Below are positions 1 through 14,930 of a DNA stretch of 64,000 bases, in pieces. The notes under the pieces were generated by a model. That model saw nothing but the letters and a program-made list of their open reading frames with translations. It was not told the DNA's origin and did no database searches. Position numbers and translations under genes: made by a program. The first letter of the stretch is position 1. Every line of letters starts with the position of its first letter. Source of the stretch: Octopus sinensis (lineage: Eukaryota); the NCBI RefSeq assembly GCF_006345805.1, contig NW_021832843.1:1-64000 (forward strand), written 5' to 3'.

Positions 1-600
1 AGAACAAGAATGTAGAACAGAAGGAGGAGGTTGAAGGAAGATAAAGAGAAAGGAATGAAATAGAATGAGGAAAAGAAGAAAAAGGAGAATGAAAGAGAGT
101 AGGTGGATGGGGAGAAAGAGGAGAAGGAGGAGGTAGTGGAGGAAGTGGAGGAAGTGGAGGAAGTGGAGGAAGTGGAGGAAGTGGAGGAAGAGGATGAGGA
201 AGTGGATGAGGAAGGGGAGGAAGATAAGAAGGAGGGGGAGGGGGACGAAGGGGAGGAAGGAAGTGGAAGAGAAGAAGGAAGGGGAGGAGGAAGAGAAAGA
301 GAAGGAAGAGGAGACGGAAGGGGAGGAAGAGAAGGAAGAGAAGGAGAAGGAAGAGAAGGAGAAGGCAAGCGAAGGAGAAGGAAGAGAAGGAGTAGGAAGA
401 GAAGGAGTAGGAAGAGGAGGAGTAGGAAGAGGAGGAGAGTAGGGGGTTGAGGACGAAGAAGAAGAAAAAGAAGAGGAGGTGGAGGAAGTAGAAGAATATA
501 CGGCGAAGAGGAAGGAGAGGAAGCAAGGAGAGGAGAAAAGGGAGGAGGCAGGGGGAAGAAAAAGAGAGTACGGGACATAAGAAATGTAATAGAATACAAA
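1..600. repeat. Purine-rich (GA/GGA/GAA) low-complexity tract
   Basis: Almost pure A/G, with GGAGGAAGT and GGAAGAGAA sub-repeats. Confidence 0.9.
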
Positions 601-630
601 AGTTAATGGCGTATAATAACATTACACGAC

Positions 631-674
<44 letters not shown>

Positions 675-1504
675 AGTATTTCTCTCAATACGCCGCAATA
701 CATCACCAACGCACCGCTCCGACCAGTTGGTTTATGCCTTCGCTTTGTTGTTATTCTGTTTTTCGTATGTTTTTTCTTTTACATTTTATTGTTTGTTTGT
801 GTTTTTTTCTTCATTGAGATCGTCGTTTATCACCGAAGCCCTATTCTGCTCGCCGTTGTTTTTCCTTTTTTTCTTGTGTGTGTTTTTACGTGTCTTGCAT
901 CTCGACACATCGCCCCCACACTCGGATCTACAGCCCGCCACCATAGCCTCCCCCCCCCATTCATTCATTCATCACCCACCAATACGATTGTCGGTAATAA
1001 ACACAGGACATAATGTGTTGTGCCGTGATTACTGCTTGTGATTTAATTACTCCACTTCCGACCACCTCGAATCTTTAATTAGAGATTTGGTTTCATATAT
1101 TTCACGGACTCGTTGATGGACTGAAATTTGAAACTTAATATTTCATCAAATATTACAGTCGTTGCCATTGCTGTCTTTGTTGCTGTTGTGGTTGTTGCTG
1201 TTCTAGAAATTGTTGTTTAACACAACTATCATCATTTCTCCAATCCAACAGAGCCAACCACCACTTAAGTAACTCTGTTTTTATTGGGTTTTTTTTTCTT
1301 TATCGAACGCTCGCTTAATCTCTCCTTCTAATATCCAAGAATCTACAGACGTTGAGAAGCCTATATTTTTAATCAATGATGAAGTGAGCATTATGAAAAG
1401 AAAAGCGAATGTTGCTTCAGTTTTTCTTCGCAATTTGTTGATTTATAACCGCATAATTTATATCTTATATATGCAACCACGATTCTAGTTATTGCAGGAT
1501 CCAT

Positions 1505-2426
1505 TCATAAACAGAAATCCATCTTCTCTCCCACACCACTCCCGAGAAGGTCGTGTGGGTAGAGTTCTCAAGCGCCTTCTCCGTAGCGTCCTATCCGAAC
1601 CAAACATCAACAGCCATCATCACACTTTCCGGCTAGATGCCCAAGCGTGACCGACTGTAACTATGGAATATTATCTAACCATCTTGTTCTGGCGATTGCG
1701 GCAGTTTGGATAATCTATTTTGCGATTCTTTCTTATTTCTTTATTGCCCATAGGGGGCCAAATATAGAGGGGACAAACAAGGAAAGACAAACGGATTAAG
1801 TCGATTACATCGGCACCAGTGCATAAATGGTACTTAATTTATCGACCCCGAAAGGATGAAAGGCAAAGTCGACCTCGGCAGAATTTGAACTCAGAATGGA
1901 GCGGCAGACGAAATACCTATTTCTTTACTACCCACAAGGGGTTAAACACAGAGAGAACAAACAAGGACAGACAAACGGATTAAGTCGATTTTATCGACCC
2001 CAATGCATGACTGATACTTAATTTATCGACCCCGAAAGGATGATAGGCAAAGTCGACCTCGGCGGAATTTGAACTCAGAACGTATCGGCAGACGAAATAC
2101 CGCTAAGCACTTCGCCCGGCGTGCTAACGTTTCTGCCAGCTCGCCGGCTTAATCGCTTTTGCGATTCTATCTGGCGTCATTCTAATCGCATGTCCATAGT
2201 ACCGGAGTTATGACCTCTCAAAGCGGAGAAGTAGTTGATCGATCTGGAAAGGTTCCTTAATTTCTGAGCTACGTACCTTATGGAGTAACATCACTCTAGA
2301 GTCCCCTCGGAAGAACCCCACTTTAGCCGCTTCCTTTTTTTTTTGTTTTGTTTTTTGGTCATTACCCAACATTCATGACCATAAGAGAGGATAGGCCCGA
2401 AAACTTAAATGAAGAGAGTAAGTTAG
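1505..2426 (-). pseudogene. Decayed RTE-clade LINE, C-terminal ORF region, interrupted by a SINE
   Basis: Minus-strand translation with stops and frameshifts: QKA*LTLFI*VFGPILSYGHECWVMT...AAKVGFFRGDSRVMLLHKVRSSEIKEPFQIDQLLLRFERS*LRYYGHAIRMTPDRIAK, continuing after the SINE as IIQTAAIARTRWLDNI. These are RTE-type post-RT motifs (YGHE-W, LR-YGH--RM, RWLDNI). Confidence 0.8.
1730..2150 (-). mobile_element. tRNA-derived SINE family A, head plus tandem headless second unit
   Basis: Minus strand starts AAGCCGGCGAGCTGGCAGAAACG (A-box-like) and has B-box-like GAGTTCAAATTC. 18-bp TSD AATC(TA/GC)TTTTGCGATTCT at 1712-1729 and 2151-2168. Confidence 0.85.
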
Positions 2427-5400
2427 GCTTTCTGCCTACCTCACCTCTTCGGCGAATCGAATGCTGGAGCTGGTGCATTACTGTGCCGCCAGCACCTGCA
2501 ATTCTAGCATCCATTTCAGCCTTCTGCCAACCTCACCTCTTCGGCGAATCGAATGCTGGAGCTGGTGCATTACTGTGCCGCCAGCACCTGCAATTCTAGC
2601 ATCCATTTCAGCCTTCTGCCTACCTCACCTCTCGGCGAATCGAATGCTGGAGCTGGTGCATTATTACTGTGCCGCCAGCACCTGCAATTCTAGCATCCAT
2701 TTCAACCTTCTGCCAACCTCACCTCTTCGGCGAATCGAATGCTGGAGCTGGTGCATTACTGTGCCGCCAGCACCTGCAATTCTAGCATCCATTTCAGCCT
2801 TCTGCCAACCTCACTCTTCGGCGAATCGAATGCTGGAGCTGGTGCATTACTGTGCCGCCAGCACCTGCAATTCTAGCATCCATTTCAGCCTTCTGCCTAC
2901 CTCACCTCTTCGGCGAATCGAATGCGGAGCTGGTGCATTACTGTGCCGCCAGCACCTGCAATTCTAGCATCCATTTCAGCCTTCTGCCTACCTCACCTCT
3001 TCGGCGAATCGAATGCTGGAGCTGGTGCATTACTGTGCCGCCAGCACCTGCAATTCTAAGCATCCATTTCAGCCTTCTGCCACCTCACCTCTTCGGCGAA
3101 TCGAATGCTGGAGCTGGTGCATTACTGTGCCGCCAGCACCTGCAATTCTAGCATCCATTTCAGCCTTCTGCCAACCTCACCTCTTCGGCGAATCGAATGC
3201 TGGAGCTGGTGCATTACTGTGCCGCCAGCACCTGCAATTCTAGCATCCATTTCAGCCTTCTGCCAACCTCACCTCTTCGGCGAATCGAATGCTGGAGCTG
3301 GTGCATACTGTGCCGCCAGCACCTGCAATTCTAGCATCCATTTCAGCCTTCTGCCAACCTCACCTCTTCGGCGAATCGAATGCTGGAGCTGGTGCATTAC
3401 TGTGCCGCCAGCACCTGCAATTCTAGCATCCATTTCAGCCTTCTGCCAACCTCACCTCTTCGGCGAATCGAATGCTGGAGCTGGTGCATTACTGTGCCGC
3501 CAGCACCTGCAATTCTAGCATCCATTTCAGCCTTCTGCCAACCTCACCTCTTCGGCGAATCGAATGCTGGAGCTGGTGCATTACTGTGCCGCCGCCAGCA
3601 CCTGCAATTCTAGCATCCATTTCAGCCTTCTGCCAACCTCACCTCTTCGGCGAATCGAATGCTGGAGCTGGTGCATTACTGTGCCGCCAGCACCTGCAAT
3701 TCTAGCATCCATTTCAGCCTTCTGCCTACCTCACCTCTTCGGCGAATCGAATGCTGGAGCTGGTGCATTACTGTGCCGCCAGCACCTGCAATTCTAGCAT
3801 CCATTTCAGCCTTCTGCCAACCTCACCTCTTCGGCGAATCGAATGCTGGAGCTGGTGCATTACTGTGCCGCCAGCACCTGCAATTCTAGCATCCATTTCA
3901 GCCTTCTGCCTACCTCACCTCTTCGGCGAATCGAATGCTGGAGCTGGTGCATTACTGTGCCGCCAGCACCTGCAATTCTAGCATCCATTTCAGCCTTCTG
4001 CCAACCTCACCTCTTCGGCGGCGAATCGAATGCTGGCTGGTGCATTACTGTGCCGCCAGCACCTGCAATTCTAGCATCCATTTCAGCCTTCTGCCAACCT
4101 CACCTCTTCGGCGAATCGAATGCTGGAGCTGGTGCATTACTGTGCCGCCAGCACCTGCAATTCTAGCATCCTTTCAGCCTTCTGCCAACCTCACCTCTTC
4201 GGCGAATCGAATGCTGGAGCTGGTGCATTACTGTGCCGCCAGCACCTGCAATTCTAGCATCCATTTCAGCCTTTTGCCAACCTCACCTCTTCGGCGAATC
4301 GAATGCTGGAGCTGGTGCATTACTGTGCCGCCAGCACCTGCAATTCTAGCATCCATTTCAGCCTTCTGCCTACCTCACCTCTTCGGCGAATCGAATGCTG
4401 GAGCTGGTGCATTACTGGCCGCCAGCACCTGCAATTCTAGCATCCATTTCAGCCTTCTGCCAACCTCACCTCTTCGGCGAATCGAATGCTGGAGCTGGTG
4501 CATTACTGTGCCGCCAGCACCTGCAATTCTAGCATCCATTTCAGCCTTCTGCCTACCTCACCTCTTCGGCGAATCGAATGCTGGAGCTGGTGCATTACTG
4601 TGCCGCCAGCACCTGCAATTCTAGCATCCATTTCAGCCTTCTGCCAACCTCACCTCTTCGGCGAATCGAATGCTGGAGCTGGTGCATTACTGTGCCGCCA
4701 GCACCTGCAATTCTAGCATCCATTTCAGCCTTCTGCCTACCTCACCTCTTCGGCGAATCGAATGCTGGAGCTGGTGCATTACTGTGCCGCCAGCACCTGC
4801 AATTCTAGCATCCATTTCAGCCTTCTGCCACCTCACCTCTTCGGCGAATCGAATGCTGGAGCTGGTGCATTACTGTGCCGCCAGCACCTGCAATTCTAGC
4901 ATCCATTTCAGCCTTCTGCCAACCTCACCTCTTCGGCGAATCGAATGCTGGAGCTGGTGCATTACTGTGCCGCCAGCACCTGCAATTCTAGCATCATTTC
5001 AGCCTTCTGCCTACCTCACCTCTTCGGCGAATCGAATGCTGGAGCTGGTGCATTACTGTGCCGCCAGCACCTGCAATTCTAGCATCCATTTCAGCCTTCT
5101 GCCTACCTCACCTCTTCGGCGAATCGAATGCTGGAGCTGGTGCATTACTGTGCCGCCAGCACCTGCAATTCTAGCATCCATTTCAGCCTTCTGCCTACCT
5201 CACCTCTTCGGCGAATCGAATGCTGGAGCTGGTGCATTACTGTGCCGCCAGCACCTGCAATTCTAGCATCCATTTCAGCCTTCTGCCTACCTCACCTCTT
5301 CGGCGATCGAATGCTGGAGCTGGTGCATTACTGTGCCGCCAGCACCTGCAATTCTAGCATCCATTTCAGCCTTCTGCCTACCTCACCTCTTCGGCGAATC

Positions 5401-8052
5401 GAATGCTGGAGCTGGTGCATTACTGTGCCGCCAGCACCTGCAATTCTAGCATCCATTTCAGCCTTCTGCCAACCTCACCTCTTCGCGCGAATCGAATGCG
5501 GAGCTGGTGCATTACTGTGCCGCCAGCACCTGCAATTCTAGCATCCTTTCAGCCTTCTGCCAACCTCACCTCTTCGGCGAATCGAATGCTGGAGCTGGTG
5601 CATTACTGTGCCGCCAGCACCTGCAATTCTAGCATCCATTTCAGCCTTCTGCCTACCTCACCTCTTCGGCGAATCGAATGCTGGAGCTGGTGCATTACTG
5701 TGCCGCCAGCACCTGCAATTCTAGCATCCATTTCAGCCTTCTGCCTACCTCACCTCTTCGGCGAATCGAATGCTGGAGCTGGTGCTTACTGTGCCGCCAG
5801 CACCTGCATTCTAGCATCCATTTCAGCCTTCTGCCTGCCTACCTCACCTCTTCGGCGAATCGAATGCTGGAGCTGTGCATTACTGTGCCGCCACACCTGC
5901 AATTCTAGCATCCATTTCAGCCTTCTGCCTACCTCACCTCTTCGGCGAATCGAATGCTGGAGCTGGTGCATTACTGTGCCGCCAGCACCTGCAATTCTAG
6001 CATCCATTTCAGCTTCTGCCTACCTCACCTCTTCTTCGGCGAATCGAATGCTGGAGCTGGGCATTACTGTGCCGCCAGCACCTGCAATTCTAGCATCCAT
6101 TTCAGCCTTCTGCCTACCTCACCTCTTCGGCGAATCGAATGCTGGAGCTGGTGCATTACTGTGCCGCCAGCACCTGCAATTCTAGCATCCATTTCAGCCT
6201 TCTGCCTACCTCACCTCTTCGCGAATCGAATGCTGGAGCTGGTGCATTACTGTGCCGCCAGCACCTGCAATTCTAGCATCCATTTCAGCCTTCTGCCAAC
6301 CTCACCTCTTCGGCGAATCGAATGCTGGAGCTGGTGCATTACTGTGCCGCCAGCACCTGCAATTCTAGCATCCATTTCAGCCTTCTGCCTACCTCACCTC
6401 TTCGGCGAATCGAATGCTGGAGCTGGTGCATTACTGTGCCGCCAGCACCTGCAATTCTAGCATCCATTTCAGCCTTCTGCCTACCTCACCTCTTCGGCGA
6501 ATCGAATGCTGGAGCTGGTGCATTACTGTGCCGCCAGCACCTGCAATTCTAGCATCCATTTCAGCCTTCTGCCTACCTCACCTCTTCGCGAATCGAATGC
6601 TGGAGCTGGTGCATTACTGGCCGCCAGCACCTGCAATTCTAGCATCCATTTCAGCCTTCTGCCTACCTCACCTCTTCGGCGAATCGAATGCTGGAGCTGG
6701 TGCATTACTGTGCCGCCAGCACCTGCAATTCTAGCATCCATTTCAGCTTCTGCCAACCTCACCTCTTCGGCGAATCGAATGCTGGAGCTGGTGCATTACT
6801 GTGCCGCCAGCACCTGCAATTCTAGCATCCATTTCAGCTTCTGCCTACCTCAACCTCTTCGGCGAATCGAATGCTGGAGCTGGTGCATTACTGTGCCGCC
6901 AGCACCTGCAATTCTAGCATCCATTTCAGCCTTCTGCCAACCTCACCTCTTCGGCGAATCGAATGCTGGAGCTGGTGCATTACTGTGCGCCAGCACCTGC
7001 AATTCTAGCATCCATTTCAGCCTTCTGCCTACCTCACCTCTTCGGCGAATCGAATGCTGGAGCTGGTGCATTACTGTGCCGCCAGCACCTGCAATTCTAG
7101 CATCCATTTCAGCCTTCTGCCTACCTCACACCTCTTCGACGAATCGAATGCTGGAGCTGTGCATTACTGTGCCGCCAGCACCTGCAATTCTAGCATCCAT
7201 TTCAGCCTTCTGCCTACCTCACCTCTTCGGCGAATCGAATGCTGGAGCTGGTGCATTACTGTGCCGCCAGCACCTGCAATTCTAGCATCCATTTCAGCCT
7301 TCTGCCAACCTCACCTCTTCGGCGAATCGAATGCTGGAGCTGGTGCATTACTGTGCCGCAGCACCTGCAATTCTAGCATCCATTTCAGCCTTCTGCCTAC
7401 CTCACCTCTTCGGCGAATCGATGCTGGAGCTGGTGCATTACTGTGCCGCCAGCACCTGCAATTCTAGCATCCATTTCAGCCTTCTGCCTACCTCACCTCT
7501 TCGGCGAATCGAATGCTGGAGCTGGTGCATTACTGTGCCGCCAGCACCTGCAATTCTAGCATCCATTCAGCCATTCAGCCTTCTGCAACCTCACCTCTTC
7601 GACGAATCGAATGCTGGAGCTGGTGCATTACTGTGCCGCCGCCAGCACCTGCATTCTATCTAGCATCCATTTCAGCCTTCTGCCAACCTCACCTCTTCGG
7701 CGAATCGAATGCTGGAGCTGGTGCATTACTGTGCCGCCAGCACCTGCAATTCTAGCATCCATTTCAGCCTTCTGCCTACCTCACCTCTTCGGCGAATCGA
7801 ATGCTGGAGCTGGTGCATTACTGTGCCGCCAGCACCTGCAATTCTAGCATCCATTTCAGCCTTCTGCCAACCTCACCTCTTCGGCGAATCGAATGCTGGA
7901 GCTGGTGCATTACTGTGCCGCCAGCACCTGCAATTCTAGCATCCATTTCAGCCTTCTGCCTACCTCACCTCTTCGGCGAATCGAATGCTGGAGCTGGTGC
8001 ATTACTGTGCCGCCAGCACCTGCAATTCTAGCATCCATTTCAGCCTTCTGCC
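2427..8052. repeat. Tandem array of ~61 x 92-bp units derived from the RTE LINE
   Basis: Unit CCTTCTGCC(T/A)ACCTCACCTCTTCGGCGAATCGAATGCTGGAGCTGGTGCATTACTGTGCCGCCAGCACCTGCAATTCTAGCATCCATTTCAG; period 92 (ATG at 2461, 2553); no spacers. Confidence 0.97.
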
Positions 8053-8209
8053 TTCCATCAATTACATGGAATATAGAATTCAATAGAAATTCTTTCAGAC
8101 ACATTGTCATATAGCAACGCATTTTCGTCTTCTGGTGTTGTTAGTTACACGAGACGTTCAAAGACAAATGGAAAAATAGCAGCGCCTTTTTTTTATTTTT
8201 TTTCGTTTT

Positions 8210-8400
8210 TTGCTTTTACTTGTTTCAGTTATTGGATTGTGGCTATGTCCCGGAGTACCGCCTAGAAGGGGTTTTAGTGGAACAAATCGAGCCCAGTACT
8301 TATTTACTGGGGTCGTCTTGGAATAAATACCACAAAGCGGTACTTATTTTAGGTTACAGGGACGTAAACACACCAGCATTGGTTGCCAAGCAATGAAGGA
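8210..8400 (-). mobile_element. Fragments of SINE family B (3' and middle parts)
   Basis: Reverse-complement matches to the tail (GACTGAAACAAGTAAAAG) and the GGTGTGTTTACGTCCC segment of the copy at 11256. Confidence 0.6.
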
Positions 8401-8414
8401 AAAGACATACACCC

Positions 8415-10604
<2,190 letters not shown>

Positions 10605-10690
<86 letters not shown>
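10605..10690. repeat. (GATA)n microsatellite abutting the 5' truncation of the Tx1 element
   Basis: Direct reading. Confidence 0.95.
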
Positions 10691-11255
10691 GTGGTCTGAC
10701 GGATAATGGGTAGATGGATGGATGGATGGATGGATGGAGTAACTGGTGAATGAATGTATGGATGGGTAGCCGGATCGTGTAGGAAGAGCCGATGGCTGGA
10801 TGATTTCTGAGACGGATCAATGAAAGGCGGTCGATTAGTTTAATGGTTTTGCAGTTCTGAGTTTATGTTGGCGCATGGTTAATGCCCTAATGATAGTCAG
10901 GTAAACTAGCTGGCTTAAGGATTAGCTTAACAGTAAGAGTTATGGTTGCTTTAGTAGTCAGACAGTCAGATGGTCAGATAAGTGACTGAGTTTGTGGTTT
11001 AACGGTGTGGCTGGTGGTTGTATAGATCATTGGGTCAACAATGGGTTGAATAGATTTACGAGCGGCTTGATAAAGGGTGACACAGCTAGCTGATGGTTAA
11101 ATACATAGGGAAAATGACACTACTAAATGAGACAAGTGAATGGAGGTGCTAATGTTTGGGGTGGTGGCCAGATGTTTACGGATCTCGATTATTAAGAAGA
11201 TACGACAGCGGATCAATGTATCGAGGAATCGATTGATTGGTTAATAAGTGAGATA

Positions 11256-11675
11256 GGCGCAGGAGTGGCTGTGTGGTAAGTAGCTTGTGTACCAACCACA
11301 TGGTTCCGGGTTCAGTCCCACTGCGTGGCATCTTGGGCAAGTGTCTTCTGCTATAGCCCCGGGCCGACCAATGCCTTGTGAGTGGATTTGGTAGACGGAA
11401 ACTGAAAGAAGCCTGTCGTATATATGTATATATATATATATGTATGTGTGTGTGTTTGTGTGTCTGTGTTTGTTCCCCTAGCATTGCTTGACAACCGATG
11501 CTGGTGTGTTTACGTGTCCCCGTCACTTAGCGGTTCGGCAAAAGAGACCGATAATAAGTACTGGGCTTATAAAAAGAATAAGTCCCGGGGTCGAGTTGCT
11601 CGACTAAAGGCGGTGCTCCAGCATGACCGCAGTCAAATGACTGAAACAAGTAAAAGAGAGAAAAGAGAGAAAAGA
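11256..11675 (+). mobile_element. tRNA-derived SINE family B (CORE-SINE-like), full length
   Basis: Head GGCGCAGGAGTGGCTGTGTGGTAAG...GGTTCAGTCCC; CORE-like GTGGCATCTTGGGCAAGTGTCTT; internal microsatellite; tail GACTGAAACAAGTAAAAGAG. Confidence 0.85.
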
Positions 11676-11984
11676 TAGGTAGTGAAATAGCTGAGTCGTC
11701 GGAGCGTCGGATGGATTGTCATGTGGTATTCATTCGGGTTCCCGGCGGCACTTTCAGCTCAAATAACGCCGAGGCCAACCTTGCTTTTCATATCTTCGGG
11801 GTCAATAAATAAAGTACCAGTCCTGTATTGGAGTGTATTCATTTTCTGCCTCGGTGCCTTTCCTTCCTCTCCCTCCCATCTTTCTCCCTCTCTTTCTCTT
11901 TTTCTCCATCCGAAAGAATTTAGCTGTGGTCAAGCTAGGAGAGATCGAATGAGCTCCGTCATGTCTAATATTGGTTTCAAATTT

Positions 11985-12400
11985 TAGGACATGGCCAGCG
12001 ATTTCAAGGGGGGGGTAAATCGATTATATCGACCCCAGTACTCAACTGGTACTTATTTTATTTACTCCGAAAAGACGAAAGGTGAAATTTGACCTCAGAA
12101 CGCAAAGACGGATAAACACCGCTAAATATTTCGCCCGGCATTCTAACGATTCTGCCATCTCGCCGCCTTAACTGGCCATATCTAATAATTCTTTCCAATT
12201 GTTGGTAAAAAGCCAGCAGCTTTAAAGCAGTGGGTAAGTCGGATGCATCGACCCCGGTGTTCAACTGGTAGTTATTTTGATCGACCCTGAAAGGAGGAAC
12301 AGCAAGTTCGACCTCGGCGTAATTAGAAACCAGTAAATAAAGAAAGAGAAGAAATGCTGCTAAGCATTTTGTTGGATTCGCTAACGATTCTGCCAGTTAA
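11985..12400 (-). mobile_element. Two degraded SINE family A copies
   Basis: ATCGACCCC...GGTACTTA...GACCTCGGC...GAAC...CTAAGCATTT motifs in reverse orientation. Confidence 0.65.
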
Positions 12401-12499
12401 CGATTCGCTAAGTCTAAGATTGTCCATAACACGACTGAAACTCAAAACACGGTGTTCCTACGACTTCATCAGGAGTTGAGTAAAGTAAGACAATATGAG

Positions 12500-13100
12500 A
12501 ATTTCATTCATTCATTGTTCGACCGTGGTCGAGACAATGGAATTTAATATGTTACGCCAGACCTCACGGTCCATCATGGCATTACGGAGGTCCTGTTGCT
12601 GGATGCCTGTATCCCTGGAGATAACATTAGGATAGGAGAGTGTGCGCCCTCTGGTATCGCGAGCAGATGGCTTCCAGAGGAGAAGAGTAGAAATTACCTC
12701 GTTTTCAGCTCTACAACAATGTCCAGCAAACTGGACTCTTCTACCTTTCACAAGAGATGATGCAGGTGGTAATTTCCCATATATTTGTACTTTGGTTGGA
12801 TGAAGCTTCCCCGAGAGATTTTGAGCTCTCATAAGGAGGCGAGTGTAAGTTCCATCCAACCGCCTCTCAAGCTTCTTTGATAACGTCCAGGTTTCTCAGC
12901 CATATAGTAGAATTGGTTCGACTGTGGCTTTGAAAATTTCAAGTTTGAAGTCTCTACTTAGATTTGATGACCAAATCGTATGCATATCCTTACAGGCTGA
13001 CCAATATGAGAAAGCTATCTTGTTGAATGGACAACTGAAGAGTTGACAGACTTGGTAGGTGGCAGGATATTTGGCTGGATGATGGGACGCCTGACTACCT
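12500..13100 (-). pseudogene. 3' fragment of an RTE-clade LINE
   Basis: WSSNLSRDFKLEIFKATVEPILLYG / LDGTYTRLLMRAQNLS...VQFAGHCCRAENEVISTLLLWKP...MMDREVWR, followed by a (TGAA)n tail near 12503. Confidence 0.85.
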
Positions 13101-14199
13101 GGCAAAGTAGTGCACGTATAGCTGGTTGATATTGTTGTTGCTTAGTCTTAGGTCATCCAGATCGAGCTTTCCTATGATGACAGTCCAACCAGAAACATTT
13201 TTACTCCTCCCTTGGTACAATAAACACAGTGCTACATTAATCCAACATTACCTTTCTCCTTTTCTTAGACGGTGATCGGATGGGGAGTACAGATTAGGTT
13301 ACTATTTCTAGCAGACCGAACAACCACATAGAGACTTGGATTCGTTGTTCGTTTAGCTGGCTGGCGGAATAGTTAGATCCTTTGCTAAATGAAAGCCTGT
13401 CCGGCTGGCAGGCTGGCAGGCTGGACAGGCAGGCTGGTTGGCTGGTTTGTTGGATGGTGGTATTACTGGATGCCTGGATGGCTGGACGGCTGGTTGGATG
13501 GATGGATGGCTACATAGTTTAAAGGTCGGTATTGTCGTCGGAGATGAAGTATGCGTGTTGTTGTGACTTATTTAGTTTGAATTAGCCATGCAATTTGTCG
13601 TCGGACCCACAATCCCCTAATCATGAATCGGAAGTGATAAATCATGGACACTTCCACACGACACAACGAAGCCCACTGGAAATTTGATTATATCTTCAAA
13701 TGAATAGAATATTTTTTACAATAAAAACAGAACAGAAAATAGAAAACATAACGTAAAAAAAAACAAGCAGTAAAAGATAGGTTCGGGTGATAGGTGGTAG
13801 GAGGAAAGTGGTAAGAGAGAAAAGTGTGAGGAGAAAGAAAGAGAGAACAAGGAAAGACAACAAGAAAGGGGAGGGTAAAATATAATGAGCGTGTAGAGGA
13901 GCTGAGTGAAAGAGAATAGACAGAGAGGGAGAAAGAGTGAGTGAGGGGAAGAAAGAGGGTAGGAAGAAAAGAAGGGTGCAAGGGGAAAGGTAAGAGTTGC
14001 TTACATCATGAATTAGAGGGAGAGGGTGAGTGTAAACGTATAAAGGAGAAACAGAGAATGCGTCATAGTGATAAAGAGAGAGTGTGTCGTCGTAATAAAG
14101 AGAAAGAAAGGGGGGAATGGAGGGAGGGAGAGAATCAGACAGAGAAATATTGTCTTATCCTTTCACAGGTTTAAGTCACTGAACTGTAGCCATACTCGG

Positions 14200-14215
14200 C
14201 TCTCTCTCTTTCTCC

Positions 14216-14257
<42 letters not shown>

Positions 14258-14930
14258 CTCCGTTCCCACACTCTTTTCGTCTCTCACTCTCTCTGTCTTC
14301 TCCCTTCCCTCCCTCCCTCCCTCTGTCATTCTTATTCTTTTTCTATGTATCTTTCCTCTCTGCAGTGATCTTCTGTCTGTCTGTCTGTCTGTCTGTCAGT
14401 CTGTATGTATGAGGGAGAGGTGAGAGTGATTCGCGCTGTCAGACATAGTAATACAGAAGTGACAGAGAAAACAAGAGAAAGAGAGAGAGGCAGAGAGAGA
14501 AAGAAGAAGAAGGAGGAGGAGGAGGAGGAGGAGGAGGAGGAGAAAGAAGAAGAAGAAGAAGAAGAAGAAGAAGAAGAAGAAGAAGGAAGAAGAAGAAGAA
14601 GAAGAAGAAGAAGAAGAAGAAGAAGAAGAAGAAGAAAAAACAGAGAGAGCCAGTGAAGTGCTTCTGTCTTCGACTCTTTCTCCGTCGCGGCAATGAAAGA
14701 AGAGGAGAGACGAAAGAGATAAGCGAAATGTACGCCAAGACATACAGAGACACGAACGGGATGAGAAGGAAACGGAGAGAAAGTGTGTTTGTGTTTGTGT
14801 GTGTTGAGGGGAGAGAGCGTGAGGGAGAGAGATTGTAGGTGCAGACAGAAGTGCACGCATATGTTTTGCGTGTGATTGTGTTCGTATGCATGTGTGTGTG
14901 TGTGTGCGTGTGTGTGTGTGTGGGCGTATG
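14200..14930. repeat. Compound (CT)n, (CTGT)n, (GGA)n, (GAA)n, (GT)n low-complexity region
   Basis: Direct reading. Confidence 0.9.

Noticed and set aside
103-450. Glu/Arg-rich ORF
   Set aside because: Translation of a purine low-complexity tract with GTG start; no splice or domain support.
2427-8052. CRISPR array or repetitive protein gene (many 76-260 aa ORFs)
   Set aside because: No unique spacers and a eukaryotic context. The ORFs arise because the 92-nt period cycles the reading frames to a recurring TAG, and the unit is LINE-derived.
11256-11330. tRNA genes at SINE heads (also 24801, 27820, 37417 and 63239)
   Set aside because: A/B boxes are present, but no complete cloverleaf or acceptor stem was found, and each runs into a repeat body.
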